From an uncultured bacterium (GTDB taxonomy: Bacteria > Verrucomicrobiota > Kiritimatiellia > Kiritimatiellales > Pontiellaceae): a DNA stretch of 64,000 nucleotides. Positions 47,891-56,629 of this stretch are shown here, in pieces (position 1 is the stretch's first letter; the number at the start of each line of letters is the position of its first letter). The notes under the pieces were generated by a model. It ran no database searches. It saw nothing but the letters and a program-made list of their open reading frames with translations, and was not told the origin of the DNA. The stretch lies in assembly GCA_965372395.1 (NCBI GenBank), contig CBDVCB010000002.1, forward strand, positions 975 through 64,974, read 5' to 3'. The position numbers and the translations under genes were made by a program.

Positions 47891-48250
47891 CTATTTGTTA
47901 TTGAAGGTCAGGGAATCACTTCCCGCATTGCGTTGATAGCTTACCCGGACAATCTGCGCCTCGCGCGGCATAACCATGTCGAGCCTATACTTCTTGATGG
48001 CCTGCTCAAGGTTGCGCGGCGATGTGATGTTGGACCAGCTATCCTGTTCGTTCACCAAGCGCTTCTGCACTTTGGAAAATTCCTTTTCCTTGCTCCTGAT
48101 CTCCTTGCCGAGGGCGTCGCAACGGGAACAGAGCCACATGTAGCTGAGACCCAGCACGGCAACCAGCACCAGCACGTTCGCCAGCAACACCGGGAACGGC
48201 ACCTGCACCTGGTTCTTTTTCGTCTTTTTCTTTTTGCGTTTCGTTGCCAT
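47891..48250 (-). CDS. FtsL-like bitopic cell division protein
   Basis: Basic N-terminus, one TM helix, coiled coil; between rsmH and the PBP. Confidence 0.7.
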   Translation of the reverse strand: MATKRKKKKTKKNQVQVPFPVLLANVLVLVAVLGLSYMWLCSRCDALGKEIRSKEKEFSKVQKRLVNEQDSWSNITSPRNLEQAIKKYRLDMVMPREAQIVRVSYQRNAGSDSLTFNNK

Positions 48251-48252
48251 GC

Positions 48253-49182
48253 CTACACCCCCACTTCCACCACGCGCAGCTTTGCCGAGCGCGAACGCGG
48301 ATTAATGGTTTTCTCCTCTTCATTTGCCGTCAGCGGCTTTTTCCAAATCCATTTCACCGGCGGCTCTTCGTAGACCCTCCGCACCCCGCCCTGCTGCAGC
48401 GACTCCTCGCGCGGCACGTGGCGATTGAAGAAATGCTTCACCAGCCGGTCCTCCAAGCTGTGGAACGTCAAAACCACGATCCGCCCACCATCCACCACGC
48501 GGTCGACCATTTGCTCCAGCACCTGCTCGATGCTGGCCAGCTCCTCGTTCACCGCCATGCGCAACGCCTGGAACGTTTTCGTGGCGGGATGGATCTTCTT
48601 GCCCTTCCGCCCGCCCTTGGCGCGCTCGACGATTCCCGCCAATTGCGCGGTGGTTTCGATCCGCACCTTGTCGCGCGCCGCCACGATGGCGCGGGCGATC
48701 CGGCGGGAATCGCGCTCTTCGCCGTAGCGGAAAATCAGGTCGGCAAGTTCCTGTTCGCTGGCCGTATTCACCAGGTCGGCAGCGGTTTGCCCGCTCGACT
48801 GGTCCATGCGCATATCGATCGGCCCGTCGTTCTGGAAACTGAAGCCGCGCTCGGCGATATCAAGCTGGAAGGAACTCACGCCTAGGTCGAGCAGGATGCC
48901 ATGCACCTTGCCGATACCCAGCCGGTCGAGTTGCGCCGCCATGTTCGCATAGTTGTCGTGAACCAATTCCACTCGCTTCCCCGCTCCCGCCTTGAGTTTG
49001 TCCTTCACCCTTTCAATCGCATCCACGTCGCGATCAAAGCCAATCAACATACCCCCGTCTTCCAGCCGCTCCAAAATCGCCGCCGCGTGCCCGGCGTTGC
49101 CCAACGTGCCATCCACGTAGATCCCGGAAGGATCCGTCAGCAACCCCTCAAGGCATTCATCGAGCATGACCGGTATATGCAC
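48253..49182 (-). CDS. rsmH: 16S rRNA m4C1402 methyltransferase
   Basis: HIPVML.E, VDGTLG..GH, DLGVSSFQLD...RGFSF, HPATKTFQALR, FHSLEDR, NPRSRSAKLR. GTG start at 49182 with SD GGAGAGG. Confidence 0.96.
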   Translation of the reverse strand: MHIPVMLDECLEGLLTDPSGIYVDGTLGNAGHAAAILERLEDGGMLIGFDRDVDAIERVKDKLKAGAGKRVELVHDNYANMAAQLDRLGIGKVHGILLDLGVSSFQLDIAERGFSFQNDGPIDMRMDQSSGQTAADLVNTASEQELADLIFRYGEERDSRRIARAIVAARDKVRIETTAQLAGIVERAKGGRKGKKIHPATKTFQALRMAVNEELASIEQVLEQMVDRVVDGGRIVVLTFHSLEDRLVKHFFNRHVPREESLQQGGVRRVYEEPPVKWIWKKPLTANEEEKTINPRSRSAKLRVVEVGV

Positions 49183-49434
49183 TACTTCCCTCTCCAAAAC
49201 GGGGATTGCCGCTCTTCGGCCACCTGTTCCCGACTGTACGCACCCGAAATATCCCGCCGGAACCGATCCGCCTGCAAACAAGAGAAGAGCCGCCCCGAGT
49301 TCACCATCGAAAGATTCATAAAACGCTCCTCCGAACGCGGGTGGTTAATCGACTTTGAATAGTGCAGGCATCTCGCCACGTCCAACATACTCATTTTACC
49401 GCTCCATCTTCTTTGTTTCCGATCGCCTAAATCC

Positions 49435-49893
49435 CTAGTATCCGCCGTAGAAAACCTCCTCCACCGCAGGAGAATCCTGCGGCAGCGCCAAATCAAAATT
49501 CTCGACGCTCCACAACTCGATGCGCGAGAGCGTCCCCACCAAAACCACCTGCTCCTTCACCTCGGCATGCGCCAGAAGGTTTTCGCCAATGCGGATGCGT
49601 CCCTGCGCATCCCAGACCAGCATCTCCGCGCCCGCAGTGAAGGAACGAATCGCTTGCTGGTCCAGTTTGTCGAGCGATCCGCCCGACCGAAGCCGACTCA
49701 AACGGCGTGCCATTTCCGCCTCTGTATAAAGGTATAGGCACTTGTCGTCCGGATGCGGAAAGGCGAATAAACGATTCGTCTCACCCGCCAGATTCCGCCA
49801 GCTGGACGGAAAGATAATGCGGTGCTTGGCATCCAACGCATGCGTGAACGAACCCACAAACATCGCCTGCATATTCTGAACTAAATCCATCAT
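49435..49893 (-). CDS. mraZ: Division/cell wall cluster transcriptional repressor MraZ
   Basis: F.G.F.H.LDAKHRI.FP and DAQGRI.I, G..SRIELW AbrB-like repeats. Start at 49893 or 49890. Confidence 0.92.
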   Translation of the reverse strand: MMDLVQNMQAMFVGSFTHALDAKHRIIFPSSWRNLAGETNRLFAFPHPDDKCLYLYTEAEMARRLSRLRSGGSLDKLDQQAIRSFTAGAEMLVWDAQGRIRIGENLLAHAEVKEQVVLVGTLSRIELWSVENFDLALPQDSPAVEEVFYGGY

Positions 49894-49900
49894 ATTCGCT

Positions 49901-49954
49901 CCACATTGCTCCCTTTGGTGGGAAGTTATGCCACTTTGAACCACGCCGGTCAAC
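49901..49954 (-). promoter_or_regulatory. MraZ-binding dcw boxes (GTGG repeats, 10-bp period)
   Basis: Plus-strand CCAC at 49901, 49931, 49941, CCCT at 49911 and CAAC at 49951, exactly phased, immediately upstream of mraZ. Confidence 0.7.
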
Positions 49955-50058
49955 TGGTTTCCTGTGGTTTTTTTAGGAAAGTTGAGCAAACACAAAGGAA
50001 GACACTCCCGGCACCGCATGGGAAACCCCTCCACCGCAACTAAAGCGACAGAGTTTAA

Positions 50059-50125
50059 AACCACTGATTCTCACTAATCCAAATGTGCGGAAAAAATTAG
50101 TGTCGATTAGTGCAGATTAGCGGTT
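50059..50125. repeat. REP-like imperfect palindrome with 10-bp phased CACTAAT / ATTAG units (copy 2)
   Basis: AACCACTGAT...ATTAGCGGTT; CACT(G/A)AT at 50062 and 50072; ATTAG at 50096, 50106, 50116. Confidence 0.7.
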
Positions 50126-50145
50126 AAACACCTCGCCTGCGGAGG

Positions 50146-50637
50146 CTAATCCAAGTCAATGACGGCATCGAGCATGCGGTCGCCGCCGAAGATGTAGCGA
50201 CCGGAAAAACGCCGGCCTTCGAGCATGTGCGGGAACCAGGTGTGGTCGTCCTCCCACATGCGGTCAAACGGCAGCTCGTCGATGGAGCACCAGAGCGGGA
50301 TCGCCTCGTCGGTTTCGGCGGGCGTGCCCTCGAAACCGGTGGCGGTGAACACGTGGCCGAATATGGAATAGCCGTCGATAAACTGGAAGTGAAGCAGCCC
50401 GGCATCCGCCACCCCGGTCGGGGTGATGCACAGCTCCTCCTGCGTTTCGCGGATGGCGCATTCGCGCGGGGTTTCGCCGGGTTCGATCTTGCCGCCGGGG
50501 CCGTTGATCTTGCCCTTGCCGAAGCCGCGCTTCTTATGGATCAACAATATCCGGCCATCGCGGATCACAAACATCAGCGTCGCGCGCTCCACCGGATCCC
50601 AGTTCTTCCAATCGACATCATCTACCGTTCTATACAT
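50146..50637 (-). CDS. NUDIX hydrolase, 8-oxo-dGTP diphosphatase-like
   Basis: KKRGFGKGKINGPGGKIEPGET..ECAIRETQEE Nudix box; MWEDD..W. Confidence 0.9.
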   Translation of the reverse strand: MYRTVDDVDWKNWDPVERATLMFVIRDGRILLIHKKRGFGKGKINGPGGKIEPGETPRECAIRETQEELCITPTGVADAGLLHFQFIDGYSIFGHVFTATGFEGTPAETDEAIPLWCSIDELPFDRMWEDDHTWFPHMLEGRRFSGRYIFGGDRMLDAVIDLD

Positions 50638-50662
50638 TCAAAAACCCCGTTCGTTCCAAAAT

Positions 50663-50699
50663 AAAAACCGCCGCGCAGTGTGCATGGAGCGGCGGTTTT
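50663..50699 (-). terminator. Intrinsic terminator hairpin
   Basis: AAAACCGCCGC (50664-50674) ... GCGGCGGTTTT (50689-50699). Confidence 0.65.
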
Positions 50700-50750
50700 G
50701 CTCAAGGGATTTCCCAGGAATGAAGCATTTCCTCCGAGAAGCGGCGAGAA

Positions 50751-51889
50751 TCAATAATCCTTGAACACCGGCCCATTGGTCAGGCAGGCCTCGTCCGGCG
50801 ACAGATCCTGATAGATAAGATCGAGCTGGTCGTGCGAAAGCTCGGACATCTTGAAGATCGGAAGAATCGGCCCGCCTTGGCGATTGCGCTCATACTCAAC
50901 CCCCTTGACCTCGACGAGGAGCATAAGGGCGGCCAACCCGCCGTTATCGCCCATCAGAATCTCGATATCGCGCGGAACACCCGCCTCGAGCGAGACCCAA
51001 TCGCCGACCTCCATCGTGGTGTTGTGCCCCAAGCGGTACGTTTTCCGCTGCGGATCGTTACCCCGCCAGAAATTTCCATACTTGTCCCGATCCCCTTCCC
51101 AAATGTCGGCGAACACAACCTCCTTGCCGACCCGAACCGCCAGAATCTCATCGCCCACCCCCCAGAAGCGGAACGTGATATCCTCCGGATACACAATCTG
51201 GCCATTGCAGTGGACCATCCAGAAAAACCGGAACCCGGATCCTCGCCAAACGAAACCGGAGCGACGGAGGAGCTCATGGTTGGAACCATGATATACGTGG
51301 GATAGCGTTTCTCGGGAGCCCGGTAGAAACGAGACAACGTTGAGGTATTCCATCCGCTTTTCAGAAACTTTCTTATGGTATCCCTGAAGGTGTCCTGCCC
51401 CTCGCCATTATAGCCGCCCGCCCGGTTTCGCTTGATATCGTAATAGGTTCCCTCCAGATCATTGCCGATGCGCCCAGACTCCGGCGGACCAATATGGCCA
51501 GGCTCAAGACCGGACAGCATATTGGTGATATCGCCCCCGGGGCCGTTCTCAAGATTCGTTTCCATGCGGCCGGGTGGACGATCCAGAGCCTGGATTTTGT
51601 GCAGTTCGGGATCATCGACTTCAGCGGTAATCAATGCGGGAGTCTCGGGCGTGGATTGTGTGTTCACCCTCACCGGCGGCCTGGGTGGCGGCAACTCCAT
51701 CTCGGGGAGCGGCTTAACCCCGACAAATGGCGGCGGCGGGGACTTCGGCGGAACGATCGTGATGACGATCAAAAAACCGGCCAGCGCAAAGAGTCCGGCG
51801 TGGATCAGGATACTCAGCACTACCGCGCCGGGCATTCCCTTGACCAGTTTCTGGATCGGTTTTAGCCCTATGTTTTTAGCCTTTCCCAT
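50751..51889 (-). pseudogene. Membrane-anchored hypothetical protein gene split by a 1-nt frameshift (about 379 aa if repaired)
   Basis: 5' part MGKAKN...TM helix...Pro-rich...VAPVSFGEDPGSG; 3' part FWMVHCNGQIVYPEDITFRFWG... in another frame. One extra T in the T5 run (A5 at 51223-51227) joins them. Confidence 0.7.
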
Positions 51890-52223
51890 CACACCCTCCC
51901 CCGAACAACAACACAAACCCGGACAGAAGCGGAACCGTCCCGGTTCCCAACACACTCGCGCCCTCGTTTGCATGGACTCTCACCTAGGCGGATGCTACCT
52001 CGTCGACAACGTTGTTGCCAAATAGATTTATGAAAAGAAGCACGGCGGCGGACAGAAAACGGCTCCATGAATATCGACCGAACCGGGTGAACGCAAACCG
52101 GCGAACCAGACACATGCCCGATCCGCCGGAAACCCCGGATAGCATTCAAAGTTCGCCTCCGCCTATTGCTTCGCAAAGGACTACGGACGCGACATCCTTC
52201 ATTCTCGCTCGCTACGAGCAAAG

Positions 52224-52241
52224 GATGGCGGAGAGAGAGGG
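52224..52241. repeat. att direct repeat, distal copy of the tRNA-Ser(TGA) 3' end
   Basis: GATGGCGGAGAGAGAGGG, identical to 55377-55394. Confidence 0.9.
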
Positions 52242-52308
52242 TCGCGACCGACAGCCTGATTTTATTGGATGGAGCAATCCCCTACCCCGCTGGTTGCAGT
52301 TTTTTACG

Positions 52309-52524
52309 CTACTTTCGCCGTTCTTGAAGAGCGGCTTTCGCGTTGGCATAGGCCTCTCTTGAGTCTGCATGCTGCAACTCGCCTTTCCCTTCTCCCTCAA
52401 AAAAGTCGACCACGTGCTTGAGGAAGTAGGTGGACATCTTCGACCAGTGTATCTCATGTGGGATTGGGCCTTTCGCTATGGCCTCATTAATGGCTTGCTC
52501 AAGTTCCGTATCTTGCATTTTCAT
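52309..52524 (-). CDS. Small hypothetical protein (71 aa) inside the element
   Basis: Purine-rich SD region (GAGGTAAAGGAGAGAAGC) before ATG 52524; predicted helical; no family recognised. Confidence 0.55.
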   Translation of the reverse strand: MKMQDTELEQAINEAIAKGPIPHEIHWSKMSTYFLKHVVDFFEGEGKGELQHADSREAYANAKAALQERRK

Positions 52525-52795
52525 GCTTCTCTCCTTTACCTCTCGTTTTGTTGCTCACAAATATCAAAGGACTGACCCCTTGGACGCCGTCGCGATCCCG
52601 ACCATCTTAGTCCAGAAAAAACGTAGAGCAGATCGCCCGCAGCGATGCCGAGCTCGAATATCGGCGCAGCCCCGCTTATCCGGCACCCCGAAAGAAATAA
52701 GGGCGGCCATTGCGGCCACCCATGTGTAAGGGTGTGCAAGGTTTTTCCCGCACCAAGCACCGTGCCGCTTGAAGACCGCCAGATGGGCGGGCAAT

Positions 52796-52822
52796 AAAAA
52801 AGCCCGCACATGGCGGGCTTTT
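52796..52822 (-). terminator. Bidirectional intrinsic terminator downstream of the metallopeptidase gene
   Basis: AAAAGCCCGC-ACATG-GCGGGCTTTT. Confidence 0.75.
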
Positions 52823-52843
52823 GAAATACTGCAGAGCTGGGGA

Positions 52844-53488
52844 TTACTCAATCGGCCATAGGCCGTGAATATCCAACCGCTTTGAAATAACACCCTGGTT
52901 CACATCAAACCGATACCCAATCTTCCGGCAAAGTTCATTGCGAGTGTGCTCGTTATCCACCGGATTCGTTAAATCGTGCCCCTTTATCGTGCGATCATAC
53001 AGCTCGTGGTATATTTTCTTTAGATCATCCTCAGGGACCATCAAACGACCCGCAAACTCCCACGCCTGCCATTCCGCCCGACCGGAACTCAGCAGATGAT
53101 CCAGTGCCATTTCCTCGTACTGCTCAACCGTGGTTAAAGTCTCTATGTATGGCTCAACGCTATCTTTGTGTAGAATTAGGTGCCCCAACTCATGCGCCAT
53201 GGACATCCGCAACCGGCGGTTGTTTTTCTTCTCTCGACTGTCTAGCGAATCATATTCTTCCTTATCCATATAGAATCCGGTGAAGTCGCACATTAGAATC
53301 GCATCACATTTGTGTTTTTTCAATAGGTCGGGAACCGGGACAATATCTAGGCTGTAGACAATCTCAACAATTTCAACGATATCGACGGGGGGCCGGAACA
53401 ACGACGGATCCCCATCATCAAAATCTCTGACTGATTTTACCCAGTCAGAGATTTCATCGCAAGTCATGTAGGGAATATTAACCTTCAT
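52844..53488 (-). CDS. ImmA/IrrE family zinc metallopeptidase
   Basis: PPVDIVEI, RRLRMSMAHELGHLILH (HExxH), EWQAWEFAGRLMVP. Confidence 0.88.
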   Translation of the reverse strand: MKVNIPYMTCDEISDWVKSVRDFDDGDPSLFRPPVDIVEIVEIVYSLDIVPVPDLLKKHKCDAILMCDFTGFYMDKEEYDSLDSREKKNNRRLRMSMAHELGHLILHKDSVEPYIETLTTVEQYEEMALDHLLSSGRAEWQAWEFAGRLMVPEDDLKKIYHELYDRTIKGHDLTNPVDNEHTRNELCRKIGYRFDVNQGVISKRLDIHGLWPIE

Positions 53489-53864
53489 CTGGATCCGGTA
53501 TGTTCAGCTCCCGTATACCCTTCATCATTTCACCTACCTGATCACCGGTCATTGTTTGCTCGTTGCGTACATTCCGGAAAAACAAAGGCATCTTTTTCAT
53601 AACCGCCTCGTCCGTTAGAATGTCCGTAGGAATCTCACCGCGCGAAACCGCCGCAAAATCCATAAAGCCAACAAGAGCTTCTTCTTTTAATTTGAAATAC
53701 TCCGCAACCCTCTTTAATACCTCTTCCTTTGGTGCGGCATTGATACCGCGCTCCACCTTACTCCAGTTGCTTGGATCAAACCCCATATCCGAGCAGAACG
53801 TGCGGAGTGTTTTTTTTAACCCGATCCTCAGCCCCTTAACTAGGTCGCCGAATTGAGTAGCCAT
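53478..53864 (-). CDS. XRE-family helix-turn-helix regulator
   Basis: FGDLVKGLRIGLKKTLRTFCSDMGFDPSNWSKVERG; overlaps the peptidase start by 11 bp. Confidence 0.85.
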   Translation of the reverse strand: MATQFGDLVKGLRIGLKKTLRTFCSDMGFDPSNWSKVERGINAAPKEEVLKRVAEYFKLKEEALVGFMDFAAVSRGEIPTDILTDEAVMKKMPLFFRNVRNEQTMTGDQVGEMMKGIRELNIPDPDEG

Positions 53865-53915
53865 TGTATGCCTCCATTTCTCTCCGTTTAGTGTTCACAG
53901 CATCAGTCGCTATTA

Positions 53916-53962
53916 GTGGTATAAATAAAACCACACTATAAAAGAAGCTTTTTCCAGTTCAA
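53916..53962 (-). promoter_or_regulatory. Putative sigma70 promoter with operator for the HTH-peptidase operon
   Basis: Minus strand TTGAAC (53962-53957), 16-nt spacer, TATAGT (53940-53935); inverted repeat GTGGT-N9-ACCAC (53916-53934) just downstream. Confidence 0.5.
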
Positions 53963-54051
53963 AGTTATCGCCCAGATTACACGCATTTCCCATGCCGACC
54001 ATCCTGCTCTCTCCTAAAACAGCCTCCTCGACCCAGCATCCACCGCCCCCC

Positions 54052-55182
54052 TCAACCACCCGGCACAACAGTGAAATAAGCCACCGCATCCTTTTTCATC
54101 GCCTTGCCCCGATAATGCCCATAAAGCATGTTCACCCCGCGATGCGTTAGCAGCGTGGCCGTGCGGCTGGCATCATTATGCAGGGCGATGTGATACGAAC
54201 AGAACGAATCGCGCGCGCCATTGTGCGGATACTCGATCCCAGCGCGGAGGTAGATCTTTTCCCGCCAATCTCGAAACGTGCTGTCCGCGAACGGTCGCCA
54301 AGAAGCCTTTATTTTGCGCAACGGCTCAAGCCACTCCCATAGATTATCCTCATGCCCCTCCACATAGAACCGCTTGAGGGTCTTATGCGTTGCGCCAGGC
54401 ATCGTGATCCCCCGCTCCTCAAAATTAAAGTCGCCCAGCTTCAAGCGAGGGATCTGGCTCGACCGCAACCCCGCAAAGAACGCCAGCGCCATGAACGGCG
54501 CCACCCTTGGATTCGACTTCATGCACTCCGCAAAGAAAGCCCGGACATCCTCCAGCGGCATAACATTCGGGTCGGTCTCGGCAACCTTGATCGAGTCCAT
54601 GGCATCCATGGGGGAGTGAAGGCAAAACCCGCTCTTGATGCACCAAGCAAAAAACCGGGCATAATGTTCCCGATAGTTCTCCTTTGTTCGCGGAGCAAGG
54701 GGAAGGGCCGCAAAGAACTTGGCAATGTCCGTTGCCGATATGCTACCGATATCAACACCCTCGCCAACACAGGCCGCCAGCCGCCCAAGTTCCGTTTCCA
54801 TATGGGCGCGATACTCCGGACTCAATCGCCGCACCTGCATCATATACAGATAATCCCGCGTCGCATCCTTCAAGCTTCGTTCCGACCGCTGCGTATGATG
54901 ATCTAGATAAAACCGTACCGCCTCACGAGGATCAACATTCGACGGCAGCATCTCCCGTAGCTCTGCAACCATCCGGGCATCCGCCGAACTCATCACCAAG
55001 CCCGACGTACCCTCCGTCGACGCGATACGCTGCAAAGCCACCAGCTCCCCGTCACGCTCGCTCTTTGTCTGGAAGAAAACCCGCTTCGCCGATTTCCCTA
55101 CGCGAGGAATAGAGATCCCCCACCGCTTCGGTCGACCATCCTTTCGTTCAAACCCCCGAATCTTCGCTGTAGCTGGCATCAT
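54052..55182 (-). CDS. Tyrosine recombinase/integrase
   Basis: LAFFAGLRSSQI (R), HKT (K), HNGARDSFCSYH (R), LLTH, LYGHYR (Y); SD GGAGGTG; adjacent to the tRNA. Confidence 0.92.
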   Translation of the reverse strand: MMPATAKIRGFERKDGRPKRWGISIPRVGKSAKRVFFQTKSERDGELVALQRIASTEGTSGLVMSSADARMVAELREMLPSNVDPREAVRFYLDHHTQRSERSLKDATRDYLYMMQVRRLSPEYRAHMETELGRLAACVGEGVDIGSISATDIAKFFAALPLAPRTKENYREHYARFFAWCIKSGFCLHSPMDAMDSIKVAETDPNVMPLEDVRAFFAECMKSNPRVAPFMALAFFAGLRSSQIPRLKLGDFNFEERGITMPGATHKTLKRFYVEGHEDNLWEWLEPLRKIKASWRPFADSTFRDWREKIYLRAGIEYPHNGARDSFCSYHIALHNDASRTATLLTHRGVNMLYGHYRGKAMKKDAVAYFTVVPGG

Positions 55183-55342
55183 TCACCTCCATATTTTTGG
55201 TGTAGAAACAGCTTTTATTTAGCACCCGGTGCAAAATGGTGCAATCAAAAACCCCAGCGGCGCACAGATGCGCCCAAAAGCGCACACATTAAGCAAGGAA
55301 GGCAAACCAAGAGAAGTAAGCATATCGGCTAATTATACCAAT

Positions 55343-55368
55343 AAAAAAGGGCTATCCGAAGATAGCCC
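55343..55368 (-). terminator. Intrinsic terminator directly after tRNA-Ser(TGA)
   Basis: Minus strand GGGCTATC-TTCG-GATAGCCC-TTTTTT (UUCG tetraloop). Confidence 0.85.
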
Positions 55369-55378
55369 AAAAAGAAGA

Positions 55379-55466
<88 letters not shown>

Positions 55467-55897
55467 AATTTTAGGAACACCCGAATAAAGGAGGCGTAAT
55501 CTGGGAGTTTTTGCAGCACGTTTCAACATTAAAATCTAGTTCATCGTAGATTGGCAGGCTGTAAATCAAACTGTCCGAAATCGGGGCAAGTAAGAACAGA
55601 ATAATTGGGTGGCAAAATAATTCCGCCTAAATCCCTTCTGTTTTGGTTGCGGTTTTGCCGCGCTATGTCCTTTGCACTACCATCCGTCATTTTCTTGTTT
55701 TTCTGGCAAGGTTTCTTCTGAAACCCTCTATTCAACAGCAACTTAAGCTGGGGCTGTTTTTGACAAAATGATTGATGACAAAATCTCTTCCGTATTCGCG
55801 CTCATTGGCGTTTATTCGCGGTTGGAATTCTTGGTTGCGGCTTTTCCGCGCTAAGTTCCTTCGCGGCCAATCCTCAATATCTACCTGCCGAATCTAT

Positions 55898-55923
55898 AAA
55901 AAAAGGAGACCCGCCAAGCCTCC
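55898..55923 (-). terminator. Probable terminator after the XRE gene
   Basis: Minus strand GGAGGC-TTGGCGG-GTCTCC-TTTTTTT. Confidence 0.55.
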
Positions 55924-55943
55924 CTTTGCTGCCCGAAAAGCCT

Positions 55944-56387
55944 CTACTTTCCTTTGTGTTCCTTCCCCAGCTTCTCCCAGGCCGTCCTTTTGTCCATGGA
56001 ACGAATCTGATGCATTACGGTCGGAGTTTCCTTGTCGCGGAATGGAATTTTCCCTTCGGTCTTTTCCCACCGGACAATCGACTGGTGACTGACATCGGCA
56101 AGTGCTGCCAGTTCCATCTGGGTGATCCCTAGACGCTTGCGCAACGAACGCACACCTTTACCGCTAATCCAGAATCCGGTCGGTGCATCTCCCTCAATGG
56201 TCGCCTGCACCTTGGGAGCTTTTTGGAGACGAGCCACCTCCCGCTGCAACTCCGATACATCCCGTCTCAGGTTGGCGATCAAACCTCGTTGCGCGGCGTT
56301 GACCCTCTTGATGGGCTCCAGCTCCTTCTTGATTTCCTTGCGGGCCAGGCGGGTGATTTCCGATTGCAGTTCTTTCATTACAGACAT
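55944..56387 (-). CDS. HTH (XRE-like) domain protein with N-terminal coiled coil
   Basis: KELQSEITRLARKE...; VRSLRKRLGITQMELAALADVSHQSIVRWE. SD AGGAGA before ATG 56387. Confidence 0.8.
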   Translation of the reverse strand: MSVMKELQSEITRLARKEIKKELEPIKRVNAAQRGLIANLRRDVSELQREVARLQKAPKVQATIEGDAPTGFWISGKGVRSLRKRLGITQMELAALADVSHQSIVRWEKTEGKIPFRDKETPTVMHQIRSMDKRTAWEKLGKEHKGK

Positions 56388-56629
56388 GCTGGTTCTCCTT
56401 TTTTTTTGCAGACGGGAAAACTCAACCATCCGATCCCATGTCCGTCCGCTACCGCAATGATGTTTACTCCAAGAGTCCATGGGCCACAAGTGGAAAACAG
56501 ATTGCTATGGATGAGGGGGGTCTGCCAACCGAAAGCCCACCCAATGTTTTGCCCCATTAATCTTTAATCAAACCGCCCCCAATACTACCCTTTCACCAAT
56601 CGAATATATGTCCCTACAGGAGAAGCAGC

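Noticed and set aside
52012-52362. 116-aa plus-strand ORF spanning the left att
   Set aside because: It crosses the element boundary and has no motif or SD; chance ORF.
52564-52893. 109-aa ORF inside the element (faint Ash-like look)
   Set aside because: It reads through the intrinsic terminator hairpin and overlaps the peptidase 3' end; probably spurious.
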